Positions 1-8,859 of a stretch of DNA of 64,000 nucleotides are shown here, piece by piece. The notes below the pieces were generated by a model. The model saw only the letters and a program-made list of their open reading frames with translations, ran no database searches and was not told where the DNA came from. The first letter of the stretch is position 1; each line of letters opens with the position of its first letter. Where the stretch lies: the NCBI GenBank assembly GCA_964350505.1, contig CAYGKL010000001.1:13675-77674 (forward strand), given 5' to 3'. Both the position numbers and the translations under genes were made by a program. This DNA comes from an uncultured Roseivirgaceae bacterium. Its GTDB lineage: Bacteria; Bacteroidota; Bacteroidia; Cytophagales; Cyclobacteriaceae.

Positions 1-486
1 TTTCTCTTTAAGAAATACCGTTTGATCACCAGCATTATGTAGGATGTTTTTGTAGTTGATTTTGGATGCTGCCAATGCTACAATCTCAGCATTAGGCATT
101 TCAGTCATACTTCCATCGAACTTCCAGATTCGATCCATTGAGGCATAAGAAATATCGAAAGCACCATCAGTGATTTTAGAAATCTGTAAGGCTCTACTAA
201 TCAAGTCGAAAAGTTCTTTGTCTACTTTCACAGGTTGAACACCCGCTTGCCTAATAATTTCACTTGTTTGTGAATTGGGATCCCACGAAGAAATAAGCTT
301 TTCTATCCTGGTAATTTCAGCGATAGCAGCATTAATAGCATCCCAAGCGAATTGCGGATCATCATGAATGGCAGTAATTTCAAACCGACTGCCCATCAAT
401 TTAACCACCTTATTATGCCTTTGTGCGGTTTGAGCGGATAAGGAAAATCCTAGCGCCAAAAAGATAAAAATCAGATATTGTTTCAT
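1..486 (-). CDS. apbE: FAD:protein FMN transferase ApbE (5' part; runs off the window start)
   Basis: Not in the ORF track. Manual translation from ATG at 486 gives MKQYLIFIFLALGFSLSAQ...KLMGSRFEITA...EITRIEKLISSWDPNSQTSEI...ALQISKITDGAFDISYA, typical ApbE N-terminal motifs. ATGA overlap with the upstream thioredoxin stop. Confidence 0.9.
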   Translation of the reverse strand, partial: MKQYLIFIFLALGFSLSAQTAQRHNKVVKLMGSRFEITAIHDDPQFAWDAINAAIAEITRIEKLISSWDPNSQTSEIIRQAGVQPVKVDKELFDLISRALQISKITDGAFDISYASMDRIWKFDGSMTEMPNAEIVALAASKINYKNILHNAGDQTVFLKEK

Positions 487-914
487 GGCAATATCTGTTT
501 GAATGAACTGATGTAGTCTACAGGGCTTTTGGTTTTATCAAAACCAAAAGTACCAAGTATCTCTCCTTCGCTATTGATGAAAAGCGCTAGCGGAAACTCT
601 CCGTTTGGGTTATACCTCTCAGCCAGTTCCTCATTATGTGCAGTTTGTTCTTTAGAGAGCCTATTGGCCTTTTTATAAGGAAAGTCAGCTTTCAGTAAAA
701 CCAGATGTTCATCTGCATATTTAATGAATTCTTGCTTTTCGAATAACTCATTGTGTAGTTGAATACAAGGCTTACACCAGTCAGAACCAGAGAAAACCAA
801 TAACACCGTCTTATGCTCATCTGAAGCTACTTTTTGAGCTTCTTGATAGTTGAAATGCCAATCTGGATTTGCCTGAAAAAACAGAAAAAAGGCAAAGGAT
901 AGTAAATAGTTCAT
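483..914 (-). CDS. Exported thioredoxin-family protein
   Basis: Hydrophobic N-terminus; FSGSDWCKPC (CxxC) motif. Confidence 0.85.
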   Translation of the reverse strand: MNYLLSFAFFLFFQANPDWHFNYQEAQKVASDEHKTVLLVFSGSDWCKPCIQLHNELFEKQEFIKYADEHLVLLKADFPYKKANRLSKEQTAHNEELAERYNPNGEFPLALFINSEGEILGTFGFDKTKSPVDYISSFKQILP

Positions 915-1031
915 CTTTAGAATTTGAGCCTAAATACTTTTCGCTTGAAATTACCCCACCCCTATGACTTTGCTTTATTTAGAAGAAGAAAGCAGTCATG
1001 AATTTAAGAATCCTATTACCAGTAATAAGTC

Positions 1032-1123
1032 TACCAATCATCGACAAATAGCTACCAGTTATCGATGAATTCGTACCCGTCATCGAAATGGTAAAAAAGG
1101 TGTTCATATTTTTCCAATTTTTG
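1032..1123 (+). promoter_or_regulatory. Repeat-type promoter P1: three 21-bp-period direct repeats plus -7-like box
   Basis: TACCAATCATCGA (1032), TACCAGTTATCGA (1053), TACCCGTCATCGA (1074). Cores at 1038/1059/1080; AATTTTTG at 1116, 36 bp after the last core. Confidence 0.7.
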
Positions 1124-1233
1124 AATCAGATCAATGATTAAACCAGATGATAATCAATAGGTTATGTCGGATTTCTTAAGATCTAAGATACTTAGGGTGT
1201 ACCAATGTATCATAAAAAATGTTTTGGTTGAGG

Positions 1234-1263
1234 GCCATCCGGACGGGATGGCTTTTTCTTTTT
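1234..1263 (+). terminator. Intrinsic terminator
   Basis: Stem GCCATCC(1234-1240)/GGATGGC(1246-1252), loop GGACG, followed by TTTTTCTTTTT. Confidence 0.75.
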
Positions 1264-1320
1264 ATGGCCTCTTAGAATAGTGCCTTTGTCAGATGCTATG
1301 AATTAGTGTCTATTATAACA

Positions 1321-1411
1321 ATCACTTATCCTTTAGGAACTTCCTTTTATCGATTAAAAAAATCCATTCATCGTTTTAACAGCATGAGTCTCTAAAATCA
1401 ACCGAGATTTG
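1321..1411 (+). promoter_or_regulatory. Repeat-type promoter P2 (receiver/LruC operon)
   Basis: Cores TTATCC 1326, TTATCG 1347, TCATCG 1368 (21-bp period); GAGATTTG at 1404 (+36); ATG at 1425. Confidence 0.7.
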
Positions 1412-1424
1412 AAGAAAAAAAAAC

Positions 1425-1820
1425 ATGGAATCTATCTTAATTGTTGAACACAGCTACATGATGAGACTCTTTCTCATCAATTATTTTAGTCAGAACTTTG
1501 ATGTTAAAGCCGTTGAGACCCCTTCTGAAGCAATAGAACTTCTTCAGAAAAAATCACGACCAGCAGCTGTCATCTCCAACTTTCATTCGGACAAAAGCAT
1601 TGAAAGAACAGCGTTTCAGGAAATGATTAAGCTTTTAGAGCATAATGCAATTCCTTCAATGGTTATTACTGATCACGATAAAAGTGAACAACGCATTGAA
1701 GCCTTGAGAATGGGTGCTAAAGACTCTGTGAGCAAGCCCTTTAACCCTGTTGAATTACAACTCAGAATTATGAGTACCATCGGCTACAAACATATCGACA
1801 AGATGAAAAAAGTAGCATAA
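1425..1820 (+). CDS. Single-domain response-regulator receiver, atypical (no phospho-acceptor Asp)
   Basis: Receiver motifs ILIVE, IPSMVIT and SKPFNP are present, but the usual D-D pair reads E-H-S and the phospho-acceptor position reads PAAVISN. Confidence 0.75.
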   Translation: MESILIVEHSYMMRLFLINYFSQNFDVKAVETPSEAIELLQKKSRPAAVISNFHSDKSIERTAFQEMIKLLEHNAIPSMVITDHDKSEQRIEALRMGAKDSVSKPFNPVELQLRIMSTIGYKHIDKMKKVA

Positions 1821-1876
1821 ATCATCAACTAGAACCATCCGCTTCAAATCATTTTATAATTCTTAATTAAAAAAAT

Positions 1877-3904
1877 ATGAAAAAGTATCTCCTATTCTCC
1901 TTCGCTCTTTTTCTTCTCAGTGGATGTTTAGAAAAGCCAATGACTGAAATTGAAGAAACTGTAAATGAATCTTCTAGCTTCGACTTTAATACCACACAGG
2001 ATGTTCAATTAATCGTGAAGATGACTGATGGTAACGGAAGTCCATTTGCTGGATTAAAGTTCTCGATCTATGAGCATATCAATGACGAAAAAGGTAAAAA
2101 ATTATTTACAGCAGTTACCAATAGCACTGGTAATTTCAAGCAGTATGTTAAACTACCAGCCTATTTTGAAAGCGTTTTAATTGAAACCAATTTCATAGGA
2201 ATACCCAACAATATCGCTGTACCATTATTGAACAACACGATTGAGCTAGATTACAGTAATGGTCAATTGAACTCCGCAGTAGTTGAAAGCAATTCTTCAA
2301 GTCAACAGGGATCTGCAGCGAATCAATCCTATTCGATAAACGGCATGACTTTCAATTATATGGATTCATATAGTTCAGCTGGCGTACCTGCTAATTTAGA
2401 ACCTGAAAGAGATATTATCAGCGCAAGTTTACTGCAATACATTAATGCCTCCCTTCCAGAGTCGCAGCCTGTACCAGTTTATCACCCAACATATTTAGCG
2501 AATGGTAAAAAGACGACTTTGGATATCATTGAAACAGCAGATGTATGGTTAACTTTCGTACATGAAGGAGCTGGATGGAGAAATGCCATTGGTTTTTATA
2601 CTTACCAAACGACAAGCCCACCACAAACTCTCGATGATATTAGCACCATAAATATAGCCTTTCCGAACCTGTCGTTTATTGGTTCTGGTGGTGCCCTTAT
2701 TTCTGGAGATAAAATTAAACTAGGAAGGTTTGAACCTGGAGTTTCTCTCGGTGTAGTTCTATTAGCAGATGGTTGGGATGGTTCCAATTCCGAAAACTTC
2801 AATCACATTGTGTTTGCCGATAAGCAATTAAACCCTGAGCCAAATGATGACCTAAAACAACACAATGTACTTCTTTGGGATGCAGAAAATGAGCTTTTCT
2901 TGATAGGTTTTGAAGACGTTAGAAGAGACGATATTCCTTTCAGATGTGATCAGGATTTCAATGATGCTATTTTGTTTGTCTCTTCCAATCCTGTGAGAGC
3001 CATTAGCACTGAAAACGTTAGCCCTGTTGACAAACCAGGAACTTTGGATACAGATGGTGACGGTATTAATGACATCTTGGATGAATTCCCTAATGACCCT
3101 GAAAAGGCATATACAAGCTACTACCCTTCTTCCAGCACTTTTGGAAGCTTTGCCTTTGAAGATAACTGGCCAGATTATGGAGATTATGATTTCAATGACC
3201 TAGTTGTTGACTATCAGTTTAAGCATTCTCTTAATGCTAATAATGAGGTGGTAGAAATGGAGTCTAAATTTAAGGTAAGAGCCATAGGTGCCGGTTTTAG
3301 AAATGGATTTGGTTTTGCAACCAACCTACTTCCTTCTGAAATACTGTCCAGTACGGGTCATGTGGTGAATAGTCCCATTATAAAACTTAATACCAACGGT
3401 ACTGAGCAAAACCAAGACAATGCAGTATTCATTGTTTCAAACAACGTTCACGATCTATTCAACAATTCAGGATTTATTAATACCCAAGACGCAGATGCGC
3501 CAGTTGAAGATCAAATGGTTACACTCATAACTGTATTTAATGGTCCAAAAACATATGCAGATATAGGCCCTGCACCTTATAATCCTTTCTTAATCATAAG
3601 CCAAGACAGAGGGCGCGAGGTACACTTACCAGGGTACCAACCGACTAACTTAATGAATAGAGACTTCTTCGGGACGTTGGATGACAATTCTGACCCATCA
3701 AAAGGTATTTATTATAGATCCAAAACGGATTTACCATGGGCCATTCATCTACCTGAAAGCTTTGAATATCCAAAAGAGAAAGTAGATATCCGAAGTGGAC
3801 ACCTAAGATTCAAAGATTGGGCTCAGAGCTCTGGTTACAGCTATATGGATTGGTATAGAGACCAGCAAGGTTACAGAAACACTAGTCAATTATTTAAGAA
3901 ATAG
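1877..3904 (+). CDS. LruC-domain (DUF4842-like) surface lipoprotein with DUF4114-like domain
   Basis: Lipobox LLSGC; GFED...DFNDAI motif; DTDGDGINDILDEFPNDP Ca-binding repeat; FEDNWPDYGDYDFNDLVV and LPWAI...YPKE motifs of LruC domains. Confidence 0.8.
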   Translation: MKKYLLFSFALFLLSGCLEKPMTEIEETVNESSSFDFNTTQDVQLIVKMTDGNGSPFAGLKFSIYEHINDEKGKKLFTAVTNSTGNFKQYVKLPAYFESVLIETNFIGIPNNIAVPLLNNTIELDYSNGQLNSAVVESNSSSQQGSAANQSYSINGMTFNYMDSYSSAGVPANLEPERDIISASLLQYINASLPESQPVPVYHPTYLANGKKTTLDIIETADVWLTFVHEGAGWRNAIGFYTYQTTSPPQTLDDISTINIAFPNLSFIGSGGALISGDKIKLGRFEPGVSLGVVLLADGWDGSNSENFNHIVFADKQLNPEPNDDLKQHNVLLWDAENELFLIGFEDVRRDDIPFRCDQDFNDAILFVSSNPVRAISTENVSPVDKPGTLDTDGDGINDILDEFPNDPEKAYTSYYPSSSTFGSFAFEDNWPDYGDYDFNDLVVDYQFKHSLNANNEVVEMESKFKVRAIGAGFRNGFGFATNLLPSEILSSTGHVVNSPIIKLNTNGTEQNQDNAVFIVSNNVHDLFNNSGFINTQDADAPVEDQMVTLITVFNGPKTYADIGPAPYNPFLIISQDRGREVHLPGYQPTNLMNRDFFGTLDDNSDPSKGIYYRSKTDLPWAIHLPESFEYPKEKVDIRSGHLRFKDWAQSSGYSYMDWYRDQQGYRNTSQLFKK

Positions 3905-3921
3905 ACTGTTATTGATTTCAT

Positions 3922-3953
3922 GTAAAAGGCGCCCCAAAAGGGTGCTTTTTTAC
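3922..3953 (+). terminator. Intrinsic terminator after the LruC gene
   Basis: AAAAGGCGCCC-CAAAA-GGGTGCTTTTT hairpin with G-U pairs on the + strand, then a T-run. Confidence 0.8.
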
Positions 3954-4038
3954 TTTTTACTCAGTTCTATTAATTTGTTAGACACACTTAATCTCTACTC
4001 TACAGTGCCTCTCAATATCCTCTGAACAGCACATCAAT

Positions 4039-4129
4039 TCTCCCCATCTTCCCTCTCCTTTCATTCATCTTCAATTCTTGTTCAATCGTCTAATAAACCA
4101 CTTCGAGGCCTTTAAAGGGACTACTTTTG
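4039..4129 (+). promoter_or_regulatory. Repeat-type promoter P3 (EPS operon start)
   Basis: Cores CCATCT 4044, TCATCT 4065, TCGTCT 4086; consensus -7 box TACTTTTG at 4122 (+36). Confidence 0.7.
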
Positions 4130-4151
4130 ATTAAAATTAAATGACAGAAAA

Positions 4152-4910
4152 GTGAATAAGAGAACAACAACAATCGTCAAAAGAGCATTCGATATTGCCT
4201 TCGCTGGCACGCTTATTTTGCTTATTAGCCCTATACTGATTTTAGTGTCTATAGCAATCCGCTTAGACTCTAAAGGTCCTATTTTCTATTATTCATACAG
4301 AGTGGGGCAAAACTATAAGATTTTCAAGTTCTACAAGTTCAGGTCGATGCGCACGGATGCAGACAAATTAGTAGATAATCTAAAACACCTGAATCAATAC
4401 GGTGCTGATATTAAAAATGAGCTGGAAGAATTTGAATTAACTAGACACACCATTGCCTATCATGCGAACGATCCAATCATGATCCGCGATGAAAAATATG
4501 CCCAGGTACAACACTTTGATAATCACAAACAACAAGACAATAGCAATTCATTTGTGAAGTTCGTTAACGACCCAAGAATTACAAGAATCGGAAAGCTGAT
4601 TAGAAATAGTAGCATCGATGAATTGCCTCAACTCTTTAACATTCTAAAAGGCGATATGTCAGTAGTTGGCAACAGACCTCTCCCTCTTTACGAAGCAGAG
4701 AAACTAACTACCGATGATCGTGTGGGTCGTTTTTTAGGCCCAGCAGGTCTTACAGGTCTTTGGCAAGTAACAGAACGTGGCAAGGACAATGTGGATCCTG
4801 AAAACCGCGTAAAGCTTGATATTGAGTATGCAGAAAACCATAGCCTTTGGATGGATTTGAAAATTCTAGTCAAAACTCCAATCGCAGCCTTTCAACATGA
4901 AAACGTATAA
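4152..4910 (+). CDS. Priming polyprenyl-phosphate sugar transferase (WcaJ/Bac_transf family)
   Basis: KRAFDI, DSKGPIFY, KFRSM, DPRITRIG...SIDELPQLFNILKGDMSVVGNRP and GLTGLWQV motifs; internal insertion of about 70 aa. Confidence 0.92.
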   Translation: MNKRTTTIVKRAFDIAFAGTLILLISPILILVSIAIRLDSKGPIFYYSYRVGQNYKIFKFYKFRSMRTDADKLVDNLKHLNQYGADIKNELEEFELTRHTIAYHANDPIMIRDEKYAQVQHFDNHKQQDNSNSFVKFVNDPRITRIGKLIRNSSIDELPQLFNILKGDMSVVGNRPLPLYEAEKLTTDDRVGRFLGPAGLTGLWQVTERGKDNVDPENRVKLDIEYAENHSLWMDLKILVKTPIAAFQHENV

Positions 4911-4913
4911 GTT

Positions 4914-6074
4914 ATGAAAAGGCTAATTCAACAATTAACCAGACCGAATTCTGGTCACAAATACCTTCCATTTGTCGATGGTATAAGATTCATAGCCATC
5001 ATGCCAGTGGTGTTATTACATGCCAATGAACGCTTTTTAAGGTATGTCTATGGCGAAGAAAACTTATCAGGCATTGGTGATCAAATGAATTACATCATTA
5101 GCCGTGGCGCTATTGGTGTAATGATTTTCTTCGCTCTGAGTGGTTTTGTTTTAGCACTTCCCTTTGCCAAAGGCACTACAAACTTCAGTTATAAAACTTA
5201 TTTCAGCCGTAGGTTAGAAAGGCTAGAGCCTCCCTACATCTTCTGGATGAGCCTTTTTGCTGTTATTCTATTCTTTCAATCCGGAATTGGAATCGCAGAA
5301 ATGGCAGGTCATTATTTCAGCAGCATTTTCTATCTACATAATATTGTCTATAGCGACTTCCCAATCATTAACCCTGTGGCTTGGTCGTTAGAAGTAGAAA
5401 TTCAGTATTACCTGATGGCACCATTTATAGCCATCACATATTTCAATCAAAAAGATGAATTGACAAGAAGGTTAGTACTTAGCTTATTGCTACTCTTTTT
5501 CATTGTTTATCAGCATGTTCTTGGCTTTCAATTTCAGCCCTTTAGAGCATCTATTTTAGGTCAGCTTCAGCATTTCCTTATTGGTCTTTTAGCGGCCGAT
5601 TTGTACACGCACAGCAAGAACTGGTCTTCAAAAAGGACTTATTTATGGGATATTATTGGGCTAATTTCTATCCCCGTAATGATGTTCACCTGGACAGACG
5701 ATCTAGAAAAAGCTTTACTCTTTTCCCCCGCTCTTTTGAGCTTCTTTATCAGCACATTTAAAGGTAGAATCATCCCTCAAATTCTATCTTATAAATGGAT
5801 TCCAGTGATTGGTGGAATGTGTTACACCATATACCTTACCCACTTACCTTTGCTAGAATTAATGTATTCACTCATCGGTAAAATCGGTTACTCAACGACA
5901 TATCTATCAGGTCTATCGATAAGTCTAATTCTTACCCTCCCAATCATCTTACTTAGTAGTATAATCTTTTATCGGGTCATTGAAAGACCTTTCATGAAGA
6001 AAAATGGAATGAGTCAGATCATTGATAAACTCAGAACTCTAACCGGTAGAAGATTAGCTAAAACAGAAAGATAA
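4914..6074 (+). CDS. Acyltransferase family 3 (membrane O-acyltransferase)
   Basis: DGIRFIA, FFALSGF, RRLERL, WSLEVEIQYY and YTIYLTH motifs; multiple TM segments. Confidence 0.9.
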   Translation: MKRLIQQLTRPNSGHKYLPFVDGIRFIAIMPVVLLHANERFLRYVYGEENLSGIGDQMNYIISRGAIGVMIFFALSGFVLALPFAKGTTNFSYKTYFSRRLERLEPPYIFWMSLFAVILFFQSGIGIAEMAGHYFSSIFYLHNIVYSDFPIINPVAWSLEVEIQYYLMAPFIAITYFNQKDELTRRLVLSLLLLFFIVYQHVLGFQFQPFRASILGQLQHFLIGLLAADLYTHSKNWSSKRTYLWDIIGLISIPVMMFTWTDDLEKALLFSPALLSFFISTFKGRIIPQILSYKWIPVIGGMCYTIYLTHLPLLELMYSLIGKIGYSTTYLSGLSISLILTLPIILLSSIIFYRVIERPFMKKNGMSQIIDKLRTLTGRRLAKTER

Positions 6075-6075
6075 C

Positions 6076-6792
6076 ATGAAACGATTCTTACTTACCATCG
6101 GCTGCTTAATCTCCTTCAACCTAGCTAGTAAAGCTCAAGTAGAGGTGCAAGGCTTAAGTATTGAAAACCTGAGACCAGTTGAAGAGCTTGTGACCATTGC
6201 CATCGAGCGTTCATCTGATATTAAAGCATTAAATGTATCTCAACTTCAAAAAGATCAGGAAATAGCTATCGACAAAAAGAAGTGGTTACAACATTTATCT
6301 CTAGCCGCTGGCGTCAATTACGGAAATGGTATTGTGGCCGACCAACTTACAGGAGATCAAGTTGGAACTTCCCTCACCTATTTAGCCAGACAAAATGTAA
6401 CCTATAATATAGGTTTTAACATCAGACTCCCTTTCACCGAAGTGAGCTCAAGAAAAAACGTCATCAAGATCAAGTCTTTAGAAATTGAAAAACTAGACCA
6501 TCTAAAGACTAGCCAAGAAGACGTGCTGAGAAAAGAAATCATTCAAGTTTATTCTAATCTCAAGCATTTTATCACTTCAATTGAAGTCCAGTCGGAAGTA
6601 GTAGAATCAAATGAAATGGCGCTAACCATTGCAGAAGGGTACTTCAAAGCAGGCAAAATTGGAATGGAACAATACAGAATGGCAGTTGAATCTCGGTACT
6701 CCTCAAAACTGGAGTTTGAAAAGGCTAAAAATGAAGCATGGTTAGCCTATAACACATTGAAAGCTATTGTTGGAGAAGAAATTTTGAAATAA
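6076..6792 (+). CDS. TolC/OEP-family outer-membrane protein with a single OEP repeat
   Basis: Signal peptide; helix, two amphipathic beta-strands (LSLAAGVNYG, YNIGFNIRLPF), long helices, YFKAGKI motif; only 238 aa. Confidence 0.7.
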   Translation: MKRFLLTIGCLISFNLASKAQVEVQGLSIENLRPVEELVTIAIERSSDIKALNVSQLQKDQEIAIDKKKWLQHLSLAAGVNYGNGIVADQLTGDQVGTSLTYLARQNVTYNIGFNIRLPFTEVSSRKNVIKIKSLEIEKLDHLKTSQEDVLRKEIIQVYSNLKHFITSIEVQSEVVESNEMALTIAEGYFKAGKIGMEQYRMAVESRYSSKLEFEKAKNEAWLAYNTLKAIVGEEILK

Positions 6793-6795
6793 GAC

Positions 6796-8859
6796 ATGAC
6801 TATCATAGAAATCATCAGGTTACTTGCTCGTTACTTTCACTTCATTGCAGGAACTGCCATTCTATTGGCCTTCCTGGTAATCTACAGCACAAAGGATAGC
6901 AAGAAAGAGTATTCGACTCACACGTTACTTAACACTGGTCTTATTTCAGGTTATAGTATTGAAAGCAATTCAAGCGGAAGAATTGATTATGCCAAAACCA
7001 ATAATGAGCTAGAAAACCTTATTAACATAGCTACTGCTTACGAGACCAATAAAGAGCTTTCAGCACGTTTAATGGCCCACTTGCTCATTGCACAAAGGGA
7101 CAATAAACTGAAATTACTTCCAGATAACTTGTCTGACTTTGAACAAACACTCCAACACTTAGAAATCAACATTACTAATCAAGACTCAGAAATATCTGTT
7201 TATCAAAAACTTGTAAACATCCGTGAAGAAGATCAATTCAATGAAGTCTATCTAATTGCCAACTCGAAGAATCAATTTTTTGGCATTGAACAGTTAGAGA
7301 ACATTACCGTGATTAGAGAAGGCAGTAGTGACATGATACGCATGGAATACTCCTCTTTCGATCCTTACTTAACCCAAAAAACATTGGAGTTACTGACCGA
7401 CATTTTCATGTCTAAGCAAACCACTATCAAAGAAGGTCAGAGCGACTCAGTAATCGAATTCTTTGAATCATCTGTGGAGAAGTCATCCATGAGATTGAAG
7501 TCGGCAGAGGATCAATTACTGAATTTCAGAGTAAACAACCAAATAATTAACTACTATGAGCAAACTCGCTTTATATCAGGCAATAAAGAAGAGCTAGACA
7601 AACAATATCAAGATGAATTAAAAATTCAAGCTGGTGCTAAATCTGCCTTAAATAAAATTGAATTAGAGGTATCTGATAAGGGAATATTATCGAGCCTTCA
7701 ATCAAGGTTAGCCGATAATACAGGAATCATTTCAAAATATTCTACCGAATTAGCAACGCTAGAACTGACCACAGATTCTATTCCTAGTTCTGCATTAATC
7801 ATTCAAAAGTCATTATTGGAATCAAATATTGATTCATTGAAGCGTCAGATGACAAACATCGCTGATGAGATGCTATTTGCTTACCAAACACCAGAGGGAA
7901 TTGAAACCAAAGATTTACTTACTCAATGGCTCAATTACACTATTGTAAAAGAGGAATCGTCTGCTAAACTATCAGTTATGAAGACCAGGCAGGCTGAATA
8001 TGAGAAAATTTACGATCGCTATGCTCCTCTTGGCTCTACCCTCAAAAGACTTGAAAGAGAAATTGATGTAGCCGAAAGAGAATACCTTGAGAACTTACAT
8101 AGTTTCAATCAGGCCAGACTTCATAAATACAGTATGATGATGTCATCGAATATTAAAGTGATTGATGCTCCATACTACCCAGTTAAGCCTGAAAAGTCTA
8201 AACGCATGATGATGGTGATTCTAGCTTTTATGGTGGGTATCATTTTACCAACCAGTATAATCATTGCGGTAGAGCTAATGGATAGCACACTTAAAAACCC
8301 TGAACATGCTTGCCTTCAAACAGGCCTTAATCTAGGCGGTTTACTACCTAAGGTAAACCCTAAAATGAGTAAGAAAATCAACCTAGAGGCTTTGAATAAG
8401 CAAGCATTAAACCTTTTTATCCAAGAACTAAGGGCCAATGCAAAAGGATCGAAACGTCCGAAAAGAATCATGCTTTTTAGCCCAGAAAATGGCGAAGGAA
8501 AAACTTACCTCAAAGAAGAACTAAACAAGCATTTTAGCTTTCTTTCAGAGGGAGAAAATCCAGAATTCACCTTCCTAGAACTGCAACCTATTCTTCATAA
8601 CCCTTATACAGAAGAGCAACTAGCAGAAGGCGACATCCATGTACTTGTAGTTCGTGCCAATAGAAAATGGACCGCTTCAGACAAACACGCCTTAAAGGTT
8701 TACAAAAAGATTGCGGGTAAGAAGCCCTTCCTATTCTTGAATGCTGTAACAACAGAAGTAATGGAAGAAGTGATTGGAGAAATACCAAAGAAAAGAAGCT
8801 GGTTGAGAAGCCATGTTAGGCAAATTTTAGTTCACGGTTTCAAACCTTCAACCATATGA
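6796..8859 (+). CDS. GumC/Wzc-like polysaccharide co-polymerase with degenerate BY-kinase tail
   Basis: Two TM segments flanking a long coiled-coil periplasmic region; VIDAPYYPVKP motif before TM2; Walker A-like SPENGEGKT. Confidence 0.8.
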   Translation: MTIIEIIRLLARYFHFIAGTAILLAFLVIYSTKDSKKEYSTHTLLNTGLISGYSIESNSSGRIDYAKTNNELENLINIATAYETNKELSARLMAHLLIAQRDNKLKLLPDNLSDFEQTLQHLEINITNQDSEISVYQKLVNIREEDQFNEVYLIANSKNQFFGIEQLENITVIREGSSDMIRMEYSSFDPYLTQKTLELLTDIFMSKQTTIKEGQSDSVIEFFESSVEKSSMRLKSAEDQLLNFRVNNQIINYYEQTRFISGNKEELDKQYQDELKIQAGAKSALNKIELEVSDKGILSSLQSRLADNTGIISKYSTELATLELTTDSIPSSALIIQKSLLESNIDSLKRQMTNIADEMLFAYQTPEGIETKDLLTQWLNYTIVKEESSAKLSVMKTRQAEYEKIYDRYAPLGSTLKRLEREIDVAEREYLENLHSFNQARLHKYSMMMSSNIKVIDAPYYPVKPEKSKRMMMVILAFMVGIILPTSIIIAVELMDSTLKNPEHACLQTGLNLGGLLPKVNPKMSKKINLEALNKQALNLFIQELRANAKGSKRPKRIMLFSPENGEGKTYLKEELNKHFSFLSEGENPEFTFLELQPILHNPYTEEQLAEGDIHVLVVRANRKWTASDKHALKVYKKIAGKKPFLFLNAVTTEVMEEVIGEIPKKRSWLRSHVRQILVHGFKPSTI

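Noticed and set aside
1032-1093. Repeat triplets as a mini-CRISPR or coding repeat
   Set aside because: Units are only 21 bp and degenerate, with no spacer structure and no cas genes. The fixed offset to -7 boxes fits protein-binding sites.
1164-1280. 38-codon ORF (MSDFLRSK...) crossing the 1234-1263 hairpin
   Set aside because: It reads through a strong terminator and has no protein-like features; treated as chance.
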